From Octopus vulgaris (lineage: Eukaryota), in assembly GCA_951406725.2 (NCBI GenBank), contig OX597826.1:13144001-13208000 (forward strand): DNA of 64,000 nt, read 5' to 3'. Below, piece after piece: positions 14,289 to 27,560 of this stretch. Within the stretch, counting starts at the first letter, position 1, and every line of letters begins with the position of its first letter. Under the pieces are notes generated by a model, which did not search any database, was not told where the DNA came from, and was given only the letters and a program-made list of their open reading frames with translations. Position numbers and translations under genes: made by a program.

Positions 14289-14980
14289 AAATCACACACT
14301 TCTGTCTTGTGCACGCATATACGTATGAGCTAAAGTGGACGCCTCCTACGAAGTTGCAAGATCTGCTAGAATTAACAGCTAAATCTCCTTTACATCAAAC
14401 TCTTTTGACTTATGTATGTATGCAAGTCAACAACACAGGGCAAAATGTCTTGTGGCATTTTTTCGTGCTCTCTGGAAAAGGTTAATTATAAGAGGAGCAA
14501 ATGAATCGATTTGAGCAGCTGCATTAAAGAGATATCATAAACGTCTTACAAATGATAAGAATGGCAGTTGATCATTTCTTGGATGTAAAACATGAAAAAT
14601 GCGTTTACCATGATAGCGCCCATGAACCGAAACACGAGAGCAGGAAAGTATTGGCAGGCCAGGGTGGCGGAGGGCCAGCATCACATTAAATTTACAATTC
14701 GATATCTGATAAACCACAGTGAACGCGGTCTATCTGATTCTAAAAAGACGTGTGCGTTCTTTGTAGCAACAATTTGCCGACCATTTCACGTTGAAGGACA
14801 GTCTGGGGGATGTCCACTGCGACGTTCCGCCTCTGTGTGGAGGACGTCTTTAGCTCGAGTGCGAGCTGAGAGACAAACCACCGAGATGGAATGGTTTGCT
14901 GTTATGACTTATATCACTGCATGTCACATATTTTCTTCCGTAGTTGGCGACAGGTACAGGCTATATATATACCTTGTCGT

Positions 14981-15587
14981 TTTTCGTCTGCCGTTACGTT
15001 CTGAGTTCAAATTCCACCGAGGTCGACTTTGCCTTTCATCCTTTCGGGGTCGATAAATAAAGTACCAGTTTCGTACTGGGGTCGATGTAATCGACTTGAT
15101 CCGGATCTCTTCGGTTTGAATGGCAGTTTTTTCTAGCGGTGTCATATGAAATTGTCACCCATAATTATGACCCTAGTATCGATCTTAGCATTTCAATCTG
15201 TTTTAGGGTTAGTTAGGGGTAGGGGTGGGGGAAGAGTATCTTTTTTTCTTCACAAATGTAAATAAACCCAATCTGTTTCTTAAACGAGGGACATATTCAT
15301 ACGGCACAGAATGCTTTTTAACTCAATAGACGTCACTGATTGGTTGAAATTGCAGAAGTTGAAGAAAAAATCCAACAAATATCTTACAAACTATAGAATT
15401 TTCTCAATAAAGCCAAGAGAAAAAGATGTTTTATAAACACATTCTACCAGTATACGAAGTTTTAAATTATTTAGTTACCTAGAAATTATGTTAAAAACTG
15501 CCGTTCATCCGAAAAGATCCCTTGATCCCTTTGTCTGTCCTTGTTTGTCCCCTCTACGTTTAGCCCCTTGTGGGCAGTAAAGAAATA
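14981..15587 (+). mobile_element. SINE family B copy split by a MITE
   Basis: The consensus stops at cttgatcc (15102) and resumes after 15528. Confidence 0.85.
15103..15520. mobile_element. MITE with ~29-bp TIRs and 8-bp TSD (Merlin- or hAT-type)
   Basis: TIRs GGATCTCTTCGGTTTGAATGGCAGTTTTT / AAAAACTGCCGTTCATCCGAAAAGATCC. Perfect TSD CTTGATCC at 15095-15102 and 15521-15528. Confidence 0.9.
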
Positions 15588-16004
15588 GGTGCAGGAGTGG
15601 CTGTGTGGTAAGTAGCTTGCTAACCAACCACATGGTTCCGGGTTCAGTCCCACTGCGTGGCAACTTGGGCAAGTGTTTTCTGCTATAGCCCTGGGCCGAC
15701 CAATGCCTTGTGAGTGGATTTGGTAGACGGAAACTGAAAGAAGCCTGTCGTATATATGTATATATATATATTTATGTATGTGTGTGTGTGTCTGTGTTTG
15801 TCCCCCTAGCATTGCTTGACAACCGATGCTGGTGTGTTTACGACCCCGTAACTTAGCGGTTCGGCAAAAGAGACCGATAGAATAAGTACTGGGCTTACGA
15901 AGAATAAGTCCTGGGGTCAATTTGTTCGACTAAAGGCGGTGCTCCAGCATGGCCGCAGTCAAATGACTGAAACAAGTAAAAGAGTAAAAGAGTGAGTAAA
16001 AGAG
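15588..16004 (+). mobile_element. SINE family A, full length
   Basis: Head GCAGGAGTGGCTGTGTGG..GGTTCAGTCCC, internal (TA/TG)n, (GTAAAAGA)n tail. Confidence 0.9.
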
Positions 16005-16034
16005 TATATCTTGTCGTCTAAGCTGAGAAGTGGT

Positions 16035-16182
16035 GGCACTTCTGAGAAAACACCCAAACAAAAAGGAACATGTTTGACAACTTCAGTCTCACAACTCTAC
16101 TAAACACAGACTTCGAGATTTTGGGAAAAGTACCCTTTTAAGAGATTGTCGCTTGTTGTAGGCGGTGTTGTCGGGGACGCAG
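16035..16182 (+). mobile_element. Tx1/L1-type reverse transcriptase relic
   Basis: Translates ALLRKHPNKK..DNFSLTTLLNTDFEILGKV..KRLSLVV, a decayed RPITLLNTDYKILAK motif. Confidence 0.7.
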
Positions 16183-16493
16183 ATGTTAAAATGACACGAG
16201 CAAAAACAACACGAATATAATTTAATCGCTGTTTTCTTTAATAAATGAGCCACAACTTAACGATTAACTTTGCTAGCTAAGGAGGGTGTTTCTGCGTTGG
16301 CACTTGATCTGCTGAAAGTATCAGCCAAATTGACCTCGACCATAGTCAAACTGTTTTGTAAACAAAGAAAAACATTTGATAATGTAGTCTTAGATACACT
16401 ATGCCTCAATACAAGTTGGATTTTATCATGTTCGCTTGATCAAGTGTTGACTTGAGATTAAACTACAACTCTACTATAAATGAGATGTCTATA

Positions 16494-16575
<82 letters not shown>

Positions 16576-16759
16576 GTGTCTATATGTCTGTCTGTCTGTC
16601 TGTCTGTCTGTTTGCATGCATACATGCATACATACATACATACATGCATGCATGCATACATATATACATACATACATACGTACATACACACGCATCGCAT
16701 ACACGTATGCACATACAAATATATACACACATATATATATATATAGATAGATGGATAAA

Positions 16760-16889
<130 letters not shown>

Positions 16890-16918
16890 GGATGGATAGA
16901 TAGAGAGAGAGAGAGAAG

Positions 16919-16956
<38 letters not shown>

Positions 16957-16984
16957 GAAGAAAGGTAGAGAGGGGGATAGAGAT

Positions 16985-17019
<35 letters not shown>

Positions 17020-18746
17020 AAGAGTGAGTGAGAGAGAAAGAGACTAGGTGTATACGTATGGAAGTGCTAGTAAGTAAAATGAAGAAGACCAAAAAATGAT
17101 GTTGGTAGATGAAAATGATAGACAGATAAATCGATCGATTTTGATGACCTTGTCGATAGATGATGGGTTAAGATAAGAAAAAAAGAAGTATTTTTAGTAC
17201 CTGTGTAGAAATAGCTTTGTAAGTGTGTGCGCGTGAGACGGAGGAGAAGAAAGAGAGCGAGGAGAGGAAATGAGAGAAAGAGAGAGGAGATACAGGAGAG
17301 CAAAGAGAGGGAGAGAGATTAGTGAAAAAAATATGACAAAAAAGGATTACTTTTGCTACTTTACTTTTCTGGTGAAAATAAATAATTTTCTCACAATTTT
17401 TAGAGAAGTGGGGGTAGTAGAAAATAACGCGCCGAGTAGATAACACCCACGCATTAAACTGGTGTCGCTTGCATCTCCAAAATCGATAAAATGGTTTTGT
17501 CTTTATAGCTGTTTAACAAGCACGCCAAAAATTTCGTTTGCGACTGTAGATACATAAATTTTAAAGCAAATGGGAAAATGTGATGAAAGCGGACATTTAT
17601 TTCGCGTCTGTATCAAATATTTCTATTATTTTCTCAAATCATCCGAAGAACAAGGGAATTAAGGAATCTAGGATTGTTGTTTGTGAGACAAGAATCAATT
17701 TCAAAGATTCGGAATGGTGTGAGCAGAATCCCCAGAATATTACTGGCAGGGAATCGTAGCGAGACTGTAAGCGAATGAATGAACGAAAGCGAATGGCATA
17801 CAACTTCGTGTTGTGTAAAACAATGGTTTTATTATGTCATGTATTACAATGAAGGGAGGTATGGCTTCGATGTCATCTCGAGTGGATGCATCTTTTGACG
17901 TTTCATAAAATGATGTATGATGTATGTATGTATGTATGTATGTATGTATGTATGTATGTATGATTGTATGTATGTATGTATGTATGTATGTATGTATGTA
18001 TGTATGTATGCATGTATGTATGTATGTATGCATGTATGTATGTATGTATGTATGTATGTATGTATGTATGTATGTATGAATGTACGATTGTATGTATGTA
18101 TGTATGTATGCATGTATGTATGTATGTATGCATGTATGTATGTATGTATGTATGCATGTATGTATGTATGTATGATTGTATGTATGATTGTATGTATGTA
18201 TGTATGTATGTATGTATGTATGTATGTATGTATGTATGTATGTATGTATGTATGTATGTATGTATGTATGTATGTATGTATGTATGAATGTACGATTGTA
18301 TGTATGTATGTATGTATGCATGTATGTATGTATGTATGATTGTATGTATGATTGTATGTATGTATGCATGTACGATTGTATGTATGATTGTATGTATGTA
18401 TGTATGTATGTATGATTGTATGTATGATTGTATGTATGTATGTATGTATGTATATATCTATGTATGTATGCATGTATGTATGTATATATGTATGTATGCT
18501 TGTATGTTTGTATGTAAATATGTATGTATGTATGTGTGTATGTATGTATGTATGTATATATGTATGTATGTATGTATGTACGTATGTACGTATGTATGTA
18601 TGTATGTACGTACGTATGTATGTGCATACGTATGTATGTATGTATGTACGTATGTATGTATGTATGTGTGTAGGTATGTGTGTGTATATATGTGTGTGTG
18701 TGTATGTGTATGTATGTATGTACGTATGTGCGTGTATGAATATATG

Positions 18747-18779
<33 letters not shown>

Positions 18780-18780
18780 A

Positions 18781-18984
18781 CAGTTCTATATTTAAGAGAT
18801 GAGGAATTTCGTACTTTATTTACATTATTTACATTTGATGGATATTTGTCCTCATCTTGTTTGTTGTTAACACAACATTTCAGCTGATATACCCTCCAGC
18901 CTTCATCAGGTGTCTTGGGGAAATTTCGAACCTGGGTTCTCACTCCTATGGTATTTTTCGATGTTGTTGTTGCTGTTATTATTA

Positions 18985-19068
<84 letters not shown>

Positions 19069-19241
19069 TCACTGCCTGGAATCGAACTCGGAATCTTGGG
19101 GTTAGTAGCCCGCGGTCTTAACCACCACGCCATATGCCTACGGGCATATGGCATAGTGGTTAAGAGCGGGTTAAGAGTGGTGTGTAACAACAAACAAGAT
19201 GAGAACAAGTATCCGTCAATTGTAAATAATGTAAATAATGT
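18781..19241 (-). mobile_element. tRNA-headed, hammerhead-bearing short element with a head-to-head inverted partial copy
   Basis: Minus strand: tRNA-like head 19138-19067, (AAT)n, hammerhead 18914-18869, AT-rich tail. Plus strand 19142-19241 repeats the head start and the tail in inverted orientation. Confidence 0.75.
18869..18914 (-). ncRNA. Minimal type I hammerhead ribozyme motif
   Basis: GACAC-CTGATGA-A-GGCTG(gagggtatat)CAGCT-GAAATGTT-GTGTT. The conserved core is present and stems I and II pair. Confidence 0.7.
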
Positions 19242-19469
19242 ATATGTATGTGTATTTATGTATGCATGTAGGTTATGTATATATGTTTGTGTGTGTGTGT
19301 ATGTATGTATAAATATGCGTGTATATAAATGTATGTATGTACATGCAATAATGCGAGCGGTATTTGAGGACACAATGGTAATTTAATAAAACAACTCTAA
19401 TTTAGAAAAGAGAGCCAAAAATAACAATAAGTTCTTTATTGAAAGATTGTGCATTCCTTCTCGATGAGC

Positions 19470-20215
19470 TGTCAATGAAAAGCTTTCATCTTCGATGATT
19501 GCTTCAATGCGAGATCGGAATCATTGATCCTTATTCCTTTCGGACATCACCTGGACAGTAGAGATCTTCAGTAAAGCTATTGTTATTGTGAGGGTATCAT
19601 TAGTCTCTTTTCCAGCGACGCTTCAAACGTTGAAGTCCATGGAATTTAGATTTGGCGATTATGGAGGCTTCGAGTAGTTGGTTACTCGGCTACAATTCTG
19701 AGGCCTATACAATCAATTCTGAAGACACTGCTTGACACAGACTCGATCACAGAAAGCCAAGAGTGATCGCATTACTGAGAAATTTTGTCAGAGACCTCTG
19801 ATATACTGAAAGTGTTTGGTGTTAAAATGATCGTAAATATTGCCTGACATCCATTCTTGAGGTATGTGGGATTTGTGAGAAGGTGCTGGATTTTGTTGAA
19901 ACATGTATAGACTTCCACAGCTTACTTCATCCATTCAGGGCTTGACAAATATATTTCTTTATTGCCCACAAGGGGCTAAACATAGAGAGGACAAACAAGG
20001 ACAAACAAAGGGATTAAGTCGATTACATCGACCCCAGAGCGAAACTGGTACTTTTATTTATCGACCCCGAAAGGATGAAAGGCAAAGTCGACCTCGGCGG
20101 AATTTGAACTCAGAACTTAACGACAGACGAAATACCGCTAAGCATTCCGCCCGGCGCCCTTACGTGTCTGCCAGCTCACCAGCACCTCAACGTATCCAGC
20201 AGCATTAATTCTAAG
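19470..20215 (-). mobile_element. maT/DD37D-like transposase relic interrupted by a SINE B (19955-20180)
   Basis: Fragments NAAGYVEVL / MDEVSCGSLYMFQQNPAPSHKSH..QEWM / PP*SPNLNSMDFNV / FRSRIEAII, decayed QQDSAPSH and SPDLNPLD motifs. Confidence 0.7.
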
Positions 20216-21992
20216 ACTCTGTGGAAAGCTGTGAGGTAGCCTGACATGATCTTCGTTACGTACTACTCCACAAAACCTTACCAGTTGCTAGAAACTTACT
20301 GAGTATCATCCTTGGCGTAGTTAATAGGGGGAGCAAGGGCCGCAACTGCTCCCCCCGAGCACATTTTTCAAAATTAGCGCATTTTCTTCAGTTACCTACA
20401 ACAGTAGTTGTAAGCTTCGTACGCAAAGACATTGTTACTGAATGATGAAATTAAGGAATGTAGAATACAATTACGTATATTATAATTAATGAAATATTTC
20501 GCGTGATATAGCAGAAATGAGTTTAAAATTGTTTAGTATGTGTCACGGTTCCTATTTTTTATGTGCTCTCTCTCACTAACTTTAGAATCTTACTACACCT
20601 CTATACACCATTCTTATTTCCTTATTGCCCGAAAATGGGCTAAACATAAAGGGGACGAACAATGGGATTAAGTCGATTATATCGACCGCAGTGCGTAACT
20701 GGTACTGATTTAATCGACCCCGAAAGGATGAAAGGCAAAGTCGACCTCGACTGAATTTGAACTCAGAACGTAGCGGCAGACGAAATACCTATTTCTTTAC
20801 TACCCACAAGGGGCTAAACACAGAGGGGACTGGTCTGTGTTTTCATGGTGCCACGCAGTGGGACTGAACCCGGAACCATATAGTTCGTAAGCAAGCTACT
20901 TACCCCACAGCCACTCCTATGCCTTATTATTTTTTTTTCCGTAATTTTGTCATAGGATAATGAATGGCGCCTATAGTATTTTTCAGGACCTCTGATACTT
21001 ACTTTAAGGAAGGGAAAAAGTTATCTCAGTGGTATTGAGCGACATATGCGGTGTATGGGAACCGCATAAAACCGTCTCTATATACCTGCGTTTGCTGTAG
21101 TCGAAGGTTTGCTACATTTAAGGAAGTGGGTGGCCATTTTGTTTACCGCAAAGGGAGGACAAAACCCACGCTACACTTCTGAGTTATCATCGTAACTGAG
21201 ATCTGGCCCGAATACTCGCATTACAGCGATCTCTGGTAAGGGTGGTAAAGGTACCTTTGGGACAGGTAGTAGAGGCGATGTTAAATTGAGCGACGAATTA
21301 ACTCTACCACCCTAAGTACAACCACGTAATTTTGCTGTAAAAATACAACACATGGAATTATATCGCTGAAACAACTTTCTTTTTTATTTTTTTTTTTTCT
21401 GTGTTTTCTTACTTTTTTTTAGGTATTGTTTTCTTGATTGATATAAGCTCCACCCTTAATTTTAAAATATAAACAACATCGTTTATTCAGTCTTAGATTA
21501 GATCTAGAATAGTCCTTAACAGATGTATATTTAATTGAGTAATTTATAAATCGTAAATGAAGCCGTAAATGACCTTAGGGAGTTATTTGTAGACGAGACT
21601 CAACACTCTCGGGGAAGTGAGAAGGTAGTTTTACTTGATAAAAATTACAAGATAGATGAGAAAGTAAATAAAGATGGAAGTTATGTAAATTGTGGAAGTG
21701 CAATCGCGTAGCATAACAGTTAAAGCAGCAAAGCGTGAAGCAATCTTGTTTTGGATTTCTATAAGTAGTTTACGCTGCTTTGTTAATGCTACTCAGCATA
21801 ATTCTTCCTCTTTTATTTACTTTGCTTCTTTTTGTTTTCAATGGTAGTGATGGGTTCCTTATTTTTCGAGGATAAAGGAAATGAAAGTCCTATGGAAAAT
21901 GTAGGATGTAAATTAAAGCGAGTCAAAAATCAAAAATAAGCTAAAATCAAATATCCTATACTTTAACCTTTTTCCCGTCTTGTATACCTCTT

Positions 21993-22220
21993 TCTTTATT
22001 GCCCACAAGGGGCTAAACATAGAGGGGACAAACAAGGACAGACAAAGGTATTAAGTCGATTATATCGATCTCAGTGCGTAACTGGTACTTATTTAATCGA
22101 CCCCGAAAGGATGAAAGGCAAAGTCGAACTCAGCGGAATTTGAACTCAGAACGTAACGGCAGACGAAATACCGCTAAGCATTTCGCCCGGCGTGCTGACG
22201 TTTCTGCCAGCTCGCCGCCT
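21993..22220 (-). mobile_element. SINE family B, full length
   Basis: Reverse complement of the family B consensus. Another dimer lies at 20615-20830. Confidence 0.88.
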
Positions 22221-24038
22221 TGTGATAGTAAATACCATTGTGAGATCAAGAACAGTGATTGTCAACGGTTTTTTTAAAAATTTTTATCTATGGACCCCTT
22301 TGATTACTATTTTATTGTGATAGGGGGGGCCCCCCCCCCCCCAACGTCACTTGAAGTTTTAAAGACTAGTTTTATAGACACTTCTTTCAAAATTCCTATT
22401 TTTTTATTCAGACATTCACTTGTGTATAAAGTGTTAGAGAAGGAAACCTTGTTCATTCTTACTATATACACATCTAAAGCGAAACTTATTTCATGGACCC
22501 TTAAACTACTACTGTGGGTCCCCAATTTACTATTTTGCTTGCGTGGAACCCCACCCCCAATCTTATATGGACCCCACCAGATGTCATATGGACCACTGAT
22601 CTAGAGAGATAAAATGTAAAACAAGTGATGAAGGAAGGGGAGAAGCGAGATAAGTATAGAAAAAAAATAAAAATGAGGAAAACGCAAAAGAAAAAAATAA
22701 AGAAAATGAGATAAGATAATGGGGCTATCATCAGTAAGAAGGAATCAATTTAGTTGAGACATGTCATAGATCAGTTTAAGAACAACAATATAGGCAATGA
22801 CTCATGCCGAGCTCAATAAGAAAAAGGAAAGAAAGAAACAATTTAGGCATTACTATAGTAGGTAAGTACCAGAGGATCTTTCGGCGGCCTACATACACTA
22901 CAAGTAAAAATCCAAAGACTTAAGCAATGAGGAACAATAGAAGAATATTACACATCATTGCATCAACCAGTCGCTGAATTTTTGAAACAGCTGTAAAGAC
23001 CAATTTAGGAATATATTTTTGCTTTGGTTGTTATATTTAGTATTAAGTTTATATAACATCTTTTGTAAAGGATATAAATGATATAATGTCATATGTACGT
23101 GTTTGTCCCACTTTTATTCATGCTCGGGCTACAGTTCTTATTGTCAACTTTTGTTCTGAGGAATTATAGTTTGCCCTTATAGGGAAGTTGGATTTGGGGA
23201 GTTTTTAGCCTTTCCGAGCCTTAATCCACTGTTCAGCTACTCTACGCTTATACTAGAGTATTTTCTTTCATTGGTGTGAAAGCGTCTGAGTGGGTGTGTG
23301 TGTGTTGTGTTGTGTGTGTGTGTGTGTGAGAGTGTGTGTGAATGTGCATGTATTTATGTAATGCTCAACACGTTTAATTCTCATCAGAGATTGGATACCA
23401 TTCCATCTAGGACGGAGACCATAATAGCTAAAATACTCATAACGACTGAGTTCGCTAAACCGATCCCTTCGTTTCGAATAAAATGTTTTCTATTGACACG
23501 AATTGATTAAGCCATAACTCTGATGAGAATGAAGCAAGGTTTGATACAAATTAAATAGGACCATGCTTTTTCTGGTTGAAAGAGAATTTGTCTCCAATTG
23601 TTAAGACAGAGCAAGGCCGCGGTGTATTGCTTAAAACGGTTTATCTTGTACAATACTAATTAAGCGGAAAAGTAGTACTCATTATAAGATACTCATAATA
23701 AGATACTATTCTTATTATTTTTAGTAGTCTTATTAGGGTAGTGAACTGGTAGAATCGTTATGACAGCCAATTCTAGAGCGGTAGTCGGGCATGATCGCGA
23801 GACCACTGAACAAAATGCTGAGTCGTATTTGATTATTTCCCTCATGAGTTCTGAGTTCAAAATCACTGAGGTCAACTGCGCCTTTCATTTCTACACCCTC
23901 TCTTCGATATTGGGATCATTTTAATCGATTAATCACCTCACCTCTCAAATCTGTGGCCTTGAGCTTAAGCTAGAAACAGTTATTACAAATTCTAACCATA
24001 CATACATACATACATGCATACATACATACATACATACA

Positions 24039-24072
<34 letters not shown>

Positions 24073-24102
24073 CGTAATACAATCATACATACATACATAT
24101 AC

Positions 24103-24485
24103 TCTCTTTTACTCTTCTACTAGTTTCAATCATTTGACTGTGGCCATGCTGGACCACCGCCTTTAGTCGAGCAAATCGACCCCAGGACTTATCCTTTGTA
24201 AGCCTAGTACTTTTTCTATCGGTCCCTCTTGCCGAACGAAGTTATGGGGACGTAAACACAAAAACAAACACACAAACACACACATATATATATACATATA
24301 TATACATACACATACATATAAACGACGAGCTTCTTTCAGCTTCCGTCTACCAAATCCACTCACAAGGTTTTGGTCGGCCCGAGGCTATAGTAGAAGACAC
24401 TTGCCCAAGGTACCACGCAGTGGGACTGAACCCGGAACCATGTGGTTCGTAAGCAAGCTACTTACCACACAGCCACTCCTACGCC
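24103..24485 (-). mobile_element. SINE family A
   Basis: Matches the family A consensus. Confidence 0.88.
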
Positions 24486-25025
24486 TATATATATAACGTA
24501 AATACAATCATACATACGTAAATATAATCATACATACACACACACACACACACAAACATACATACATACATACATACATACATACATACATACATACATA
24601 CATACATACATACATACATACATACATACATTATAGAGCGCCGAGGAATATTATGCTTGAGAAATCATACATACATACATACATACATACATACATACAT
24701 ACATACATACATACATACATACATGCATACATACATACATACATACATACATACATACATACATACATGCATACATACATACATACATTATAGAGCGCCG
24801 AGGAATATTATGCTTGAGAAATGCTAAGAGCTGTGTCTAGTGTATAAAAATTCCTTGATGGATAAACATGTTTGTCAATTAATATAACACGGTCATTGGT
24901 CTTTATATAGAACTTGACATTCGGATCATGTCTGCTTTGGAATCCATCAAGTCCATCTAATAAGAAATTTCTTTTATTTGATTCCTATGACTTCGCATCT
25001 GTTTGGCTGTTTGGTTATATAGTGT

Positions 25026-25079
<54 letters not shown>

Positions 25080-25085
25080 CATCCA

Positions 25086-25145
<60 letters not shown>

Positions 25146-25176
25146 TATATATATATCAGTCTGTCTGTCTGTCTGT

Positions 25177-25291
<115 letters not shown>

Positions 25292-25303
25292 CCTATCTAT
25301 ATA

Positions 25304-25347
<44 letters not shown>

Positions 25348-25511
25348 TTTCCGTCTGTCTCCCTGTGTGCGTGCGCGCACGCGCGATTGAACTCTGCGGG
25401 AGTTGTTAAGTGGAACATCACTAATCCACTATATATGTCACATGCAGTCCCCCCTCCACTCAACAAATAGCCCCGTGGCAACATGCTATGTACATCTGTT
25501 GCTTCCAGAAT

Positions 25512-25563
<52 letters not shown>

Positions 25564-25585
25564 CAGCAGCAGCAGCAGCAGTGGC

Positions 25586-25681
<96 letters not shown>

Positions 25682-25721
25682 GGTGGTAGTAGTAGTAGTA
25701 GTAGTGGTAGTAGTAGTAGTG

Positions 25722-25784
<63 letters not shown>

Positions 25785-25785
25785 T
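25512..25785. repeat. Compound (TAG/CAG/TGG)n trinucleotide repeat
   Basis: Seen directly. Source of the poly-S, poly-L and poly-V ORFs. Confidence 0.95.
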
Positions 25786-26148
25786 AGTCATTGGCAATGC
25801 CTTTTGAGACATAGGATGGTGAATCGGTAAAGTCCCTTGGAGATTCGTAATTTGGTTCGAAACCAAATGACCGCTACTCCGCTGCGCAAGATATACTTGA
25901 AGCATTTTACACTCAAATTTCTTCTGACAATAATCACTTGAATAAAAAAAAAAGAAAAGAAAAGAAAAGAAAATCCATGACAACATCTGTAAAAACGATG
26001 TAAACATTTGTAAAACGAAACAACGCCAAATGGAAACAGAAAGTGCCTCGTAGAGTTGACGCCCAGGCACTGGCCACCATATTACAGCAACATCCGCGAT
26101 GAGTGACCTTGAAGGCATTTTGTTTCGTTATTTGTTTATATTGTATTA

Positions 26149-26713
26149 TTGGGTTGTCCGGAAAGTTCATGCCGATTTTTAAAGGAAAGAAAAAGGTCAA
26201 TATATAAACTTGCCATTACACTTTTAATCAACCAAATATGAACCATTTCATTGCACATTGCGTCTCCGTCTTTCCTTTAACTTGAAAATACCCTCTTCCC
26301 AGAATTGAGGTGGTTTCATGGCAAAGAATTCATCAAGGTATCTTTTTAAGTCATCCAAGGAACTGAAATTTTTACCATTAAAACTATTCTGCAGAGATCT
26401 GAATTAGTGGAAATCCGAAGGAGCAATATCTGGTGAATATGGAGGGTGGGGTAACACACCCCAGCCGAACTGCAGCAATTTTTGTCTGGTTCCCAAAGCA
26501 TCAAGAGCCGAAAATGAACTTTCTTATCTTCCATTTTAAAGGGTTACAGAATTAACACAGGTTATAGGAATCTAAACCTTCTACGAAAAGATAGCTTAAA
26601 CTGTGCTCTAAATGGAGGTGTAGTCAAATCCTGTTTCAAGGACTCAACCATGTTCTAAAATAAGTCGAAATGTAAGCTACTATAAATCTGCACAAACTTT
26701 CCAGACAACCCAA
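26149..26713 (-). mobile_element. Internally deleted mariner element
   Basis: TA-flanked TIRs TTGGGTTGTCCGGAAAGTT / AACTTTCCAGACAACCCAA. The minus strand encodes HPPYSPDIAPSDFH*FRSLQN (mariner YSPDLAPxD motif). Confidence 0.9.
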
Positions 26714-27159
26714 TATAATTACGTGCCTTTGCATAGTTTCTACACTAGTTTCAAGCATTGGTACCAGGCCAGTAATTTTTTTAGAGGGAGTGGGTAAGTC
26801 GATTAAGTCGCATTTAGTACTCAATTGGTATTAATTTATCGATCTCAGCGATAAAGTAATACCAATAAAAGTCGATCTCGGCGGAATATGAACTCAAACC
26901 AGTTTAAAGGATTTTATTTCAGATCCATCACGGCAGATAAAATACTAACGCAAGAAATGAATGGGTTACCATTTTGTTACCCAGAACACAGCAATTTAGA
27001 TATTGTCAACTTTCTAAATGTTGCAAGATCTTTTGTGCACAAAGTTCGGATGGAATTGCAAGCCACTGGCAGGAATGTTTCAACTGTATTAAAAAGAGAA
27101 AATTCATTCTAAAATTTCTGATAATATAAAGGACATTGCATCCAACGGGTTCAAAACAT

Positions 27160-27560
27160 AATCGAGAATGATCCCAGAGAATCAATGAGAGCCACCTCTA
27201 AAGAACTTCAGGTGTCGTTGTTGACCATCAGAACTGTGGTGCGTGAAGACATTCCATATAATTCGTCTGTACTGAGCAGAGGTCAATTTATGTCTGCAAG
27301 GACAGAAAAACTGTTTGATCCGTGCTACATGGTTACTTGATAGGGTTTGAAATCCTCACGGACATGGTATGCTTTGATTCTTCCCTGATGAGAAAAACTT
27401 CGAACAAGAGCAAAAGTGTAACAGAAGAAATGACGGATGGCTATGTGCAAATCCTGATATCTCCGGATTGATGCACACTAAATTTCTAGTAACTATTATA
27501 ATTTTAGTGAGTAACGAAAGCCATGTAATTCCACCTCCCTTCTTTTCACAGAGTTTTCCA
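27160..27560 (+). mobile_element. maT/DD37D-like transposase relic
   Basis: Translates NDPRESMRATSKELQVS..TIRTVVREDI / FFPDEKNFEQEQKCNRRNDGWLC / MHTKF..VSNESHVIPPPFF. Confidence 0.75.

Noticed and set aside
24630-24822. 34-bp direct repeat separated by (ATAC)n
   Set aside because: Simple microsatellite-mediated local duplication with no functional signature.
27380-27410. CTGATGA...GAA hammerhead-like string
   Set aside because: It is the coding sequence PDEKNFE of the maT transposase relic, with no stems.
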